A program made the position numbers and the translations under genes. The notes below the pieces were generated by a model, which was not told the origin of the DNA, made no database searches, and saw only the letters and a list, made by a program, of their open reading frames with translations. A DNA stretch of 36,589 bases from a virus (taxonomy: Duplodnaviria > Caudoviricetes). The stretch's first letter is position 1. Each line of letters begins with the position of its first letter. Where the stretch lies: positions 1 through 36,589 of IMG/VR virus record IMGVR_UViG_3300016662_000124; one strand, given 5' to 3'. Shown piece by piece: positions 26,590-35,248 of this stretch.

Positions 26590-27023
26590 AAAGTTTTTAT
26601 GAATTTCACAAAATGCTCGAAGCAGAAGGCATGATCCCTCCTCCTCCATCATCAGGCGGTGCGCCTTCTCCCGCTGCGCCTTCCTCGCCTTCTAGCGGTT
26701 CAGCCTCCAATATGGCAAATCCAAGCCAGCAACAAATACCTCCAACAGGAAATACTTCGCCTCCTGTTCCCGATCCCAAAACACAATTAAAAGATGAACT
26801 TAAAATAACTTTGCAAAAATTCTTGCGTGATAAGTTTGAACCATTCATGAAAAAACAAAACATGAATCCACAAGCAGCAAAAGATTTCATGACAGTCGTG
26901 ATTGGCGAAATAATGGATGAATTCGGCATGAAGTCACAACAGGTCATGCAAGCAGCTAAGGGCGCAATAAATACGGGCAACGAACCCAAAGAAACACCAC
27001 AAGCTCCCACGGCATCTTCCTGA
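26586..27023 (+). CDS. Pro/Ser-rich protein with capsid-targeting-like N-terminus
   Basis: MKSFYEFHKMLE; ATGA-coupled; GAGGA SD. Confidence 0.75.
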   Translation: MKSFYEFHKMLEAEGMIPPPPSSGGAPSPAAPSSPSSGSASNMANPSQQQIPPTGNTSPPVPDPKTQLKDELKITLQKFLRDKFEPFMKKQNMNPQAAKDFMTVVIGEIMDEFGMKSQQVMQAAKGAINTGNEPKETPQAPTASS

Positions 27024-27035
27024 TGAGGTGTAATC

Positions 27036-28106
27036 ATGAATCCATATCAGAGATTCGATCCAGAAAGACAGCGTCAAAGGATTCAAGAAGCATTAAGAGC
27101 CAAACTTAATCCTTCTGCAACAACTAGAATATCTGATATACGAGAAAAAAGAAGGTCTGTTGTTCAATCAAATCATAGAAGCCAATCGGTAAGAAATTTT
27201 TCGCCTATAAACACACTAAGACCATCTGAACTGCTTACAACTGTAAACTGTAATATTACAAGGCTGAACTTACCTGAAAAAGGCAGCTTTAATGCTGCTA
27301 TTTTGCAACTTGAAGATAGGATTCTTTGTGCATACAGACCCGACGAGTATCGTCTTGTTGCTTGTTTTCTTGATAAAAAATATGAAATTATAAATAATTC
27401 CTACTATCTTTTGCCTTTGCAAGCTGTTGCCGATCCAAGACTTATAATAACGCCAGACAACAAAGTTCTGTTAACTTATTCAACTTATACCAATATTCAT
27501 GACGAACATATTGCTGGCAATTATTTAATGAATTTGAATCAAGGCATGAATATGAATCTTGGTCCAAGGATGAGGATAAGCCCATCAACACTAAGAACGA
27601 GACAGAAAAATTGGATGCCTTTTGTTCATGAAAATAAAATTTATTTTATTGCCAATGTTGTTCCACATGATATTTATGAATTTGAACCCGGCAGAGAAGC
27701 ATTTCAAAAATATAGAACATCTTGGAAACATACTTGGTTCAATCAACAGCATTTGCGTGGAAATACCAATCCGGTAAGAATTTCAAACGGAAATTTTCTT
27801 TCAACATTTCATACTGCATCATATCAAGGAGGAGTCATGCATTATGACAATGGTTGCTATTTGTTTTCTGGCGAACCTCCTTTTGCTCCTATTTGGTGTG
27901 GTAGAAAGACCTATCTTCCTGCTGATGCAGCAGTTGAACCTCATGTAAGAAAAAAGAATCAAATTATTTGCACATTTCCTTGCGGCATGATTATTGATGG
28001 AGAAAAGCTGAAAATAAGCTATGGAGATAATGATTCAAGTGTAAAAATCATGGAAACCACAGTCACGGAAATGATGGGTACAATGATAAAACTTAATCAA
28101 CAATAG
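27036..28106 (+). CDS. Five-bladed beta-propeller glycosidase-like protein (GH130/GH43-like)
   Basis: FNAAI, DPRL, QKNWMPF, LRGNT, FH, FPCG, ISYGDND motifs. Confidence 0.75.
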   Translation: MNPYQRFDPERQRQRIQEALRAKLNPSATTRISDIREKRRSVVQSNHRSQSVRNFSPINTLRPSELLTTVNCNITRLNLPEKGSFNAAILQLEDRILCAYRPDEYRLVACFLDKKYEIINNSYYLLPLQAVADPRLIITPDNKVLLTYSTYTNIHDEHIAGNYLMNLNQGMNMNLGPRMRISPSTLRTRQKNWMPFVHENKIYFIANVVPHDIYEFEPGREAFQKYRTSWKHTWFNQQHLRGNTNPVRISNGNFLSTFHTASYQGGVMHYDNGCYLFSGEPPFAPIWCGRKTYLPADAAVEPHVRKKNQIICTFPCGMIIDGEKLKISYGDNDSSVKIMETTVTEMMGTMIKLNQQ

Positions 28107-28130
28107 TAAATAGATATAACAAGGAGGTTT

Positions 28131-28553
28131 ATGCAAAGAAATCTGACAACAGATCAAATACAAGAAGTATTGAAAAAAGTTTCTTCTTATTTAGAAGATG
28201 CCAAGTTACAATGGGATAATCAAAACCCAGACAAAAAAGGCTGGTTTTCCTTGAATAAAGGTAACATCATCAAGGCCACAATATTTTTACTTGGCGTGAC
28301 TGACGATTTCATTCAATTCGTTGAAACCTTCATACCTGATGGTGCGGACAAGAAAGCTGCTGTGTTGTTAGTGACAGCCAAACTTTTCGATTATATTGCC
28401 ACGAAGTCATTTCCGGCTTTTATTTCACCGTTTGTTCCAATGATTAAAGAAATCGTAATTTCAATCGTAATAAGTAATTTGATTGAGTTTATAGTTGGAA
28501 AATACAAAGCGGAATATTGGAAAATGGAGCCGACCAATGTCAACAATTCTTAA
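28131..28553 (+). CDS. Hypothetical, possibly membrane-associated (holin-like) protein
   Basis: GADKKAAVL motif and amphipathic/hydrophobic C-terminal helices; AAGGAGG SD. Confidence 0.55.
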   Translation: MQRNLTTDQIQEVLKKVSSYLEDAKLQWDNQNPDKKGWFSLNKGNIIKATIFLLGVTDDFIQFVETFIPDGADKKAAVLLVTAKLFDYIATKSFPAFISPFVPMIKEIVISIVISNLIEFIVGKYKAEYWKMEPTNVNNS

Positions 28554-29484
28554 CAAAATAAATTTGCTTCCTTTCCTGAGAGAATCCGTTGCAACCATAC
28601 AAGATGTTCAACAGAAGTCGGGATGGGAAATAACAGCGTTTAATTTGCCTCAATCATGGCAATTAAGTCAAGGAGAAGGAGTTAAGATTGCGGTTCTTGA
28701 CACAGGATGTGATCTTGATCATCCAGATTTGCAAGAAAACCTTTTAGAGGGACGCAATTTTGTCAACGAAAAAATGGAACCAGATGATGACAATGGTCAT
28801 GGTTCACATGTTACTGGTTCAATTTGCGCTTTGAACAATGACATTGGTATCGTAGGTGTTGCGCCGCAGTCAAAAGTTTTGCCTGTAAAAGTATTAGATG
28901 AAAATGGTTCTGGCGATCTTGATGTCGTTGCGAAAGGAATTCGTTGGGCAGCAGATCAAGGAGTTGATTTTATCACTATGTCTCTAGGATCGCCGACCGA
29001 AACTCCTCAAATTCATGATGCAATAAATTATGCGGAAAGAAAAGGTTGCGTGACATTTTGTGCTGCTGGAAATGCAGGACAAACAAGACAAATCTTTTAT
29101 CCTGCTGCCTATCCAAATGTTATTGGAATCGGCGCTGTTGATTCAAATTTCAACAGGGCAAATTTTAGTTGCACGGGTCCAGATTTAGACTTTCTTGCGC
29201 CCGGTGTGAAGATACTAAGCACCGTTCCTGATAATTGGTACGCAATTCTTTCTGGAACCAGTATGAGCAATCCATTTGCTGTTGGAATAGCAGCATTACT
29301 TTTGTCGTTTACAAGAATACATGGAGTAGATTTTGGTTTGAAATCTGCCGAAGATTATATTCGCATTTTTAGACAATGCACCATACCAACATCCAATCCC
29401 AAATTTGCTAACAAACACTTTTTCGAGGGCTTTGGAATTATTGATCCAAGAAAGATGAATGAATGGATCAGTTCGCATCACTAG
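28537..29484 (+). CDS. Subtilisin-like S8 serine protease
   Basis: VLDTG, HGSHV, AAGN, SGTSMSNP; GGAG SD before ATG 28537. Confidence 0.93.
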   Translation: MSTILNKINLLPFLRESVATIQDVQQKSGWEITAFNLPQSWQLSQGEGVKIAVLDTGCDLDHPDLQENLLEGRNFVNEKMEPDDDNGHGSHVTGSICALNNDIGIVGVAPQSKVLPVKVLDENGSGDLDVVAKGIRWAADQGVDFITMSLGSPTETPQIHDAINYAERKGCVTFCAAGNAGQTRQIFYPAAYPNVIGIGAVDSNFNRANFSCTGPDLDFLAPGVKILSTVPDNWYAILSGTSMSNPFAVGIAALLLSFTRIHGVDFGLKSAEDYIRIFRQCTIPTSNPKFANKHFFEGFGIIDPRKMNEWISSHH

Positions 29485-30136
29485 GATTGGTGATTTTTTC
29501 CGGCAACTTAGGCGCAGGCAATTCATAAAACATAAAATCTTGTTGTTGGCTCAGGCTTCCACCTGAGCCTTGTTTTCCCCCTTCTTTACCGCCTGCGCCA
29601 CCTTTTCCTTGTTTGCCTTTGCCTTCTTTTCCATTTCCTTGGCCTTCCTCATCTGTTGTCAAACCATTTCCATTCCTTTTCCCTATAACTGTCTTCCCTC
29701 TTGCAACCATGGTTTGTAATTTAGCCAATTTCTCATGTAAATCATGTGAATAAGGAACACGATATGATCTTGGTTCGGCTGCATTTTTTCTTGGCGTAAA
29801 TGGATAAAGAATTGGATTAACAGGTTGATTGGTCATTTGGTAATTGTCATCAACTTCTGTGGCCCAAATGAAGATTGCGCCTTGATCATGAGAATCTTTT
29901 TTAGATGGTTCTTTGATGATAGACCAATGTAAAATAAATGTATTTGGCATATCATTAGGCGATGCCCATCCTGATATCTGGCTTAAAGAAAACCAAATAA
30001 TGAGACTGAAATAAAGAACCACGGGCACGATTGCGGCTTTGAGCCACCATTTTCCTTTTCCGAGAATAATGAACCACAATACAACTGCAAACAGCACAAG
30101 AAATGTAAGTGGTATGCCTATAATTTGTGTTTCCAT
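29468..30136 (-). CDS. Two-TM membrane protein, third gene of the MotA/ExbB-like module
   Basis: Two N-terminal hydrophobic helices, EPRSYRVPY motif, Gly/Lys-rich tail. Confidence 0.8.
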   Translation of the reverse strand: METQIIGIPLTFLVLFAVVLWFIILGKGKWWLKAAIVPVVLYFSLIIWFSLSQISGWASPNDMPNTFILHWSIIKEPSKKDSHDQGAIFIWATEVDDNYQMTNQPVNPILYPFTPRKNAAEPRSYRVPYSHDLHEKLAKLQTMVARGKTVIGKRNGNGLTTDEEGQGNGKEGKGKQGKGGAGGKEGGKQGSGGSLSQQQDFMFYELPAPKLPEKITNPSDAN

Positions 30137-30137
30137 A

Positions 30138-30761
30138 TTACTGTCCAGATAAACGAGTTGCTTCTTTAATCAAACTACGATCCAAGGTGTTGGATGATAA
30201 TAATTCACCAGATGAATCAAGCCTGAAACGCATGATTGTTTTTTCTTCTCCATTTTCCGTCAAAGTTACAGAATTAACAAGAATTGTTTTTACATTTGGA
30301 TTCAGTTTGTCTATTTGTACGGTAACTGGGCACGGTCTTGGATCATTTTTCTTGAAAGCATGAGCATTGACACAATATTCGCCGCTGATGAAACCACGCA
30401 GAGTCACAATTTCACGATTGTAAGGATATTTTGTTCTGCCACTTGGAGTTTCAACAAAATCATTTTTAAAACCTAAATCATCCCGATCCAAATGCATCAA
30501 TCCTTCTTCTCTCCTGCGAAAGAAGCATAAGTTGCCTATTGGGTCTTCAACATAAAGGTCAATGTCGTTGTCCATATCTTCTGGCCAACTCATCGTTATG
30601 ATGTATTCAGCCTTTACTTCAACGCTGGATTTGCTTTTATCCTTATTTTCGTTCACCATTGCAAATGATAGAACAAAGAGGGCTGTAAAAGCCAACAACA
30701 TATTGAACAACAAATCGAGGAAGGATGTGTTGCAACTATAAAGTCTTTTTGTTCTCATCAC
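30138..30761 (-). CDS. MotB/ExbD-like single-TM protein with a YfaP/DUF2135-like outer domain
   Basis: TM helix with Asp (FLDLLFNMLLAF); W...DIDLYVEDP...LDRDD...E...GEY motif. Confidence 0.75.
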   Translation of the reverse strand: MMRTKRLYSCNTSFLDLLFNMLLAFTALFVLSFAMVNENKDKSKSSVEVKAEYIITMSWPEDMDNDIDLYVEDPIGNLCFFRRREEGLMHLDRDDLGFKNDFVETPSGRTKYPYNREIVTLRGFISGEYCVNAHAFKKNDPRPCPVTVQIDKLNPNVKTILVNSVTLTENGEEKTIMRFRLDSSGELLSSNTLDRSLIKEATRLSGQ

Positions 30762-31251
30762 ACTCCAGCCTATTGATGTGCAAACTCAAAATAAAAGTTT
30801 GTAGTTTTAGCAATTGTCCGCAGATTAGACCAACCAATGTTGTGTAAAGTGCTGTTGCCATACTTTTACCTAATTCTGACAGTAAACCTTGAATGCTTTT
30901 TTGGTTTGATATTTCCAATCCTTCAAAACCAGACAACATCATGACGAAACCGACAATTGTTCCTAACATCCCCAAGTTCAAACAGAGTTCGCTTACGAAC
31001 CATCCTATTTCTTCTTTTCGTGAAAAACTTTCCAGTTCTTCCTTGGATGGTTTGTCTTTTTTACAAATAAGAAATATATTATTGCCTATAAAAACAGAAA
31101 CGATTGCAAAGATGATTATGGTTGCAATGCTAAGATAACTCGCATCTTTTTCATAAATGTTCTTAATCACGCCCATATAAGCACAAAAAACAAAACCAAT
31201 AACAATTAAAGTGAATGTAAGCCACCACTTTAAAAAAGATTCATATTTCAT
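30736..31251 (-). CDS. MotA/TolQ/ExbB proton-channel family protein
   Basis: LGMLGTIVGF and MATALYTTLVGL signature helices; four TM segments. Confidence 0.88.
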   Translation of the reverse strand: MKYESFLKWWLTFTLIVIGFVFCAYMGVIKNIYEKDASYLSIATIIIFAIVSVFIGNNIFLICKKDKPSKEELESFSRKEEIGWFVSELCLNLGMLGTIVGFVMMLSGFEGLEISNQKSIQGLLSELGKSMATALYTTLVGLICGQLLKLQTFILSLHINRLECDENKKTL

Positions 31252-31748
31252 GGTTTATCCTTTGCAGCTTCTATTTCCTTGATCTTATTTTGAATTGCAG
31301 CAGCTTCCTCGTATTTCTCTTGAAAAACAGCATTCCGCATTTCCTCTTTCAATAAAGCTATTTGTATTGATGCGTTTTGTTTCAAAAATTCTTTTTCCCA
31401 AGTTGATGGTATTTTGCCTATATGTTTATTTTCGAATTGACATTTTTTGAAGATGATTATTGATTGCTCTCTGAATATTTTATAGCAATTATCGCATCCA
31501 AACCTTTGGGATTTGATTATTTCTTCAAATTTAATCCCGCAATTTGAGCATTTTTTGTTTTTGTTTTCATATACATTTTCAATCAAATCAAGAAGTTTTG
31601 TGAGTTTTGGAGGTATCAATGTGTGGTCTTTTTGTATCATGCACAATTGACAAATATTTAAATTTTCTACTTCTCCATTGACTAATTGAGAAAAATTGAT
31701 ATTTTTTGCGTGCGGACAGGGTTTATTACTGATTGGGCAATAATCCAC
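31248..31748 (-). CDS. mcsA: McsA-like protein (activator of protein-arginine kinase McsB; UvrB/UvrC motif)
   Basis: Cys pairs, QLVNGEVENLNICQLC, CSNCG..F......RFGCDNCYKIF, HIGKIP, AVFQEKYEEAAAIQNKI. Confidence 0.88.
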   Translation of the reverse strand: MDYCPISNKPCPHAKNINFSQLVNGEVENLNICQLCMIQKDHTLIPPKLTKLLDLIENVYENKNKKCSNCGIKFEEIIKSQRFGCDNCYKIFREQSIIIFKKCQFENKHIGKIPSTWEKEFLKQNASIQIALLKEEMRNAVFQEKYEEAAAIQNKIKEIEAAKDKP

Positions 31749-31751
31749 AGA

Positions 31752-32273
31752 TTACTCCTTTTTTCTTTGCACCAAGTTAAAAGAGTCATGATACTCTTTT
31801 ATCTTTTTTGACAAAATTTTAAGCTCAGGTTCTGTTACCTCTTTTTCAAATTCTTTGCAATATTGACTTATAAATTCTTCAAATTTAGTTGCCATTTTTT
31901 TTCTTGAATCGACAATTTTTCTGATAAAAACTTCAATTTCTGGCGGCTTGCAAACTTTTGGATTTGAAGACTTGTATTCTGGATTTTTGTATAAATCCAA
32001 TTCATTTTCCCAAGAGTTTTGTATCTTTGCCATTTCTGTGCTTACTTGTTGTGCCAAGGCAATTATGAATGTTTTCTTTTCGATTTCACTTAATGAATTA
32101 AACTTGCTATTTTTATTTGTTTTTTTATTGATAATTTCAAAGTTGTCCCAATACATCTTATCAAATAATTTTTCTGATATTTGCTCGTATTTTTTTATGT
32201 AAGATTGATAGTCATCAGTAGTTGCTTTTGGTTCATCAAAAAATCCAGCAACAAAAATAAGTAAGGGTAACAT
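31752..32273 (-). CDS. Hypothetical helical protein with short hydrophobic N-terminus
   Basis: GGAG SD before ATG 32273. Confidence 0.7.
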   Translation of the reverse strand: MLPLLIFVAGFFDEPKATTDDYQSYIKKYEQISEKLFDKMYWDNFEIINKKTNKNSKFNSLSEIEKKTFIIALAQQVSTEMAKIQNSWENELDLYKNPEYKSSNPKVCKPPEIEVFIRKIVDSRKKMATKFEEFISQYCKEFEKEVTEPELKILSKKIKEYHDSFNLVQRKKE

Positions 32274-32280
32274 TTTCTCC

Positions 32281-33108
32281 TTATGGAGTTGAGAATCCTT
32301 TAACACGGAGCGTAAAACCATCATTTTTCAATCCTGAAGTGCCAGAAGCAACAACTCTTCTGATCCAGATTGGTATGATGTCTAAAGGTCTAAATGTGTT
32401 TAAATTTAATGTAGTGTAACCGAATACTACGCCTGATGGCGCAGTAGTTTCAACACTCACATCAACGGTTTCTGTATTGATGGGACTTCCAGAAACATTT
32501 CTTTCAACTGTAGTATTTGGTAAACCGCCAGTATAGGTAAGATTTGTTGAATCAACCACTAATATTTCATGAAAACGACTGCCAGCACCCAAAACAAAAT
32601 CTATTTGAAAAGTGATTACATCAAGACCAACATCATAAGATGCGCTAACAGCCACATCTTCCAATCCATCTATTGTGTTTAATTGTGTCTGAAAGTTATT
32701 CCCGAATGTTGCCGGGGTGGCATTCCAATTTACAGTTAGAGGGTAAGATACATCTCTGTTATATGTCACATCCAGATATCCGCCTGTTATTGTTGAAAAA
32801 TCACTTACTGTAACAAATTGTCTTTCATCAGCAACTTTAAATCCAAGACTTATATCTGCTCCGCCAGCGATTTCATCAGAAATATAAAGTTCACTATTAT
32901 AAACATTAGTAGAAGATGTTTCATTTGAAAGATAAATGCAACGATAATGAATAACTCCAGAACTAGCTTGTGCGTCAGAAACATTTGCAAAAATGGTGCT
33001 GCCGCTGATTTGAAATGCACTTGGTACTCCACCAAGTGATTTGGCAGGGTCATTATTTGTACCAGCGCCGGTTGGATCGCTGTATAAAAAGGCTAATGTA
33101 TCTGCCAT
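32281..33108 (-). CDS. Putative virion structural protein (beta-rich)
   Basis: DPAKSLGG...FANVS...YRCIYL...IPIWIRRVV, a pattern recalled from phage structural regions; Thr/Ser/Val-rich. Confidence 0.6.
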   Translation of the reverse strand: MADTLAFLYSDPTGAGTNNDPAKSLGGVPSAFQISGSTIFANVSDAQASSGVIHYRCIYLSNETSSTNVYNSELYISDEIAGGADISLGFKVADERQFVTVSDFSTITGGYLDVTYNRDVSYPLTVNWNATPATFGNNFQTQLNTIDGLEDVAVSASYDVGLDVITFQIDFVLGAGSRFHEILVVDSTNLTYTGGLPNTTVERNVSGSPINTETVDVSVETTAPSGVVFGYTTLNLNTFRPLDIIPIWIRRVVASGTSGLKNDGFTLRVKGFSTP

Positions 33109-33452
33109 CAGGTTCTCTCATTCATGGTTTTTGCGATTATGTAGCGAACATTTCTTGTAGTGTATCCAGTAAATTGAGCTATCTCATTGATATTCCATCC
33201 AACTCTGTGTAACTGAATAACCTTTTCGTGATTTATTTTTAAGCGATTCGGCAAAACATCATGAGCATGTAAAATTCTGTATATTTCGGCTTGTGATTTC
33301 CCAACCTGTTTTGCCAATTCAGTTATTTTTGTTTCAGGATTGCTCAGATAAAGTTGAACAATCTTGCTGTCGTCGCCCTGATCGTTAAAAAATTGTTGAA
33401 AACCAAACATGACATATTTATGAGGCATCTTCTTTAATTTGATTTGACTCAT
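33108..33452 (-). CDS. Double helix-turn-helix DNA-binding protein
   Basis: ITELAKQVGKSQAEIYRIL and INEIAQFTGYTTRNVRYII. Confidence 0.85.
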   Translation of the reverse strand: MSQIKLKKMPHKYVMFGFQQFFNDQGDDSKIVQLYLSNPETKITELAKQVGKSQAEIYRILHAHDVLPNRLKINHEKVIQLHRVGWNINEIAQFTGYTTRNVRYIIAKTMNERT

Positions 33453-33500
33453 TTATTTCAAAAACTTAAAATTTGATGTTAATGTGTAGCAGGCGTTTAA

Positions 33501-34313
33501 ATGACAGAAATGCTTAACACAAATCCTGAAAGGTCGTTGCCTAAAATTTATGGCAAGTCAATTTTATGGCATCCTGCAAGTTCAATAAAGATTTTGCAAG
33601 TCTACAACAAAGGTTTGGAATTCGCATTAGTTTCTGACAAATTTGAACAATGCCACCCATTTGTTTGGTGCAAAGATTTTTTGCACGATGTGATTTTTTC
33701 AACGATTCATCAACAAAAATTTGATATTTATCGTTTTTTTTATAACCCAGAAAATAACCCTAATGCTTGTCTTAAAGAAATCAGACTTCTTGTTACGAAC
33801 TCAAAAGACTCAAAATTACCAAAGAAGATCGATGCTTGCATAGAATTTATGAACCAGATAGAAGAAAGCCTTGGAATGCCTAAAACCAAGGTTAGAAAAT
33901 GCCTCAATGCTCCGCAAGAATACAAATATGGTGTGTATTTATTTCAAGGAAATAAAAGATGGCTAAATGCTCCACCAATGATTTCCCTGTACAGCTTCTT
34001 GATAAGGATTGGTCTGTGCCATCAAATTGGAACAAATTACAACACAACAATAAATTTAATTAAGAATGGTTTTTTGAAACCATATCAACCAAAAGATTCA
34101 AAATGGCTTTGCGATATTGAACCTTCAATTTATAAAATCATAAGATATAGTGATAAAAAAATATTTTATCGTGATATTAAAAAAAATTATCCTAAACATT
34201 TGTTGATTGATAGGATTCACAACAACCTTGGAATCATGTCTTTCTCGACTGATATGCGTCTGAAAGCCGCAGGACAACCGGTGTCATTCCCTTATTGGCA
34301 TCGTTTCAGGTGA
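33501..34313 (+). CDS. Hypothetical protein upstream of the amidoligase
   Basis: 270-aa ORF with WCKDFLHD motif, co-oriented with the ligase. Confidence 0.7.
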   Translation: MTEMLNTNPERSLPKIYGKSILWHPASSIKILQVYNKGLEFALVSDKFEQCHPFVWCKDFLHDVIFSTIHQQKFDIYRFFYNPENNPNACLKEIRLLVTNSKDSKLPKKIDACIEFMNQIEESLGMPKTKVRKCLNAPQEYKYGVYLFQGNKRWLNAPPMISLYSFLIRIGLCHQIGTNYNTTINLIKNGFLKPYQPKDSKWLCDIEPSIYKIIRYSDKKIFYRDIKKNYPKHLLIDRIHNNLGIMSFSTDMRLKAAGQPVSFPYWHRFR

Positions 34314-34330
34314 TTTCAAGGAGTAATTTT

Positions 34331-35248
34331 ATGCGCTTCACATTTGGAACCGATCCTGAATTTATGATTTCACGCTGGGATGATTTGGTTTCAGCGATAT
34401 CTTTGTTGCCGAACAAAGAATCAGCGATTGCCAGAAACGGAAGCCAATTTTATTACGATAATGTCCTTGCAGAAATCGCTGTCAAGCCTGCCAAGAACAA
34501 AGAAGAAGCTCTTTTGAATATTGGATCGGCTTTGCAAAATCTTGCAAAATTAGTAAAGCCTTCACGATTTGTTATTCGAGCAAGTGCAAAATATGATAAT
34601 CAACAATTAAAAGATAAGGAAGCAAGAATAGCAGGCTGCAATCCAGAATGGAATGCATACACATTACGATGCATTTTGCCGCCTGAAGAAGTGATTGCTA
34701 AAACTAATTTTCGTACTGGTGGTGGTCATATTCATATCGGCGGTGAAGGTCTTGAGAATCCAATCAATGCGTTCAATGTAATTAAAATGTTGGATTTGTT
34801 TCTTGCTGTACCAGCAATTTTTCTCGACACAGATGAGACAAGTGTCGAACGCCGTAAAATTTATGGTCATGCAGGAAGTCATCGTGCAACAGATTATGGT
34901 TTTGAATACCGTCCTCTTGGTAATTTCTGGTTTGCAAGTCCAGAATTAGTTGAACTTGTTTACGATATCGTGAGTTTTTGCTTGGAATGTGTTGAGAATA
35001 AATTGCATGAAAAATTTTGGTCTGTAAATGAAAAGTTGTTACAAAGCGATGACCCAAGTAAGGCATACACATGCACAGGATATGATGTAAAATTGCTGTG
35101 CAAGGCAATCAATTCTTGTGACAAAAAGCAAGCCGACAAATTTATGATGTTTATTTCCAATTATATGCCATCACAATTATTCTTGCGTATTGAAGAAATG
35201 TCAAAGAAACAACTTCCTGATCCATATGAATCATGGAGGCTGTCATGA
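34331..35248 (+). CDS. phiEco32-like COOH-NH2 ligase type 2 (glutamine-synthetase-fold amidoligase)
   Basis: GTDPEF, DNVLAEI, GCNPE, RTGGGHIHIG, RRKIYGHAG, YGFEYRPL. Confidence 0.88.
   Translation: MRFTFGTDPEFMISRWDDLVSAISLLPNKESAIARNGSQFYYDNVLAEIAVKPAKNKEEALLNIGSALQNLAKLVKPSRFVIRASAKYDNQQLKDKEARIAGCNPEWNAYTLRCILPPEEVIAKTNFRTGGGHIHIGGEGLENPINAFNVIKMLDLFLAVPAIFLDTDETSVERRKIYGHAGSHRATDYGFEYRPLGNFWFASPELVELVYDIVSFCLECVENKLHEKFWSVNEKLLQSDDPSKAYTCTGYDVKLLCKAINSCDKKQADKFMMFISNYMPSQLFLRIEEMSKKQLPDPYESWRLS

Noticed and set aside
29468-31251. Bona fide Zorya defence system
   Set aside because: The MotA-like protein lacks ZorA's long cytoplasmic tail, the partner lacks an OmpA-like domain, and no ZorC/D/E is adjacent; the SNF2 gene is ~15 kb away
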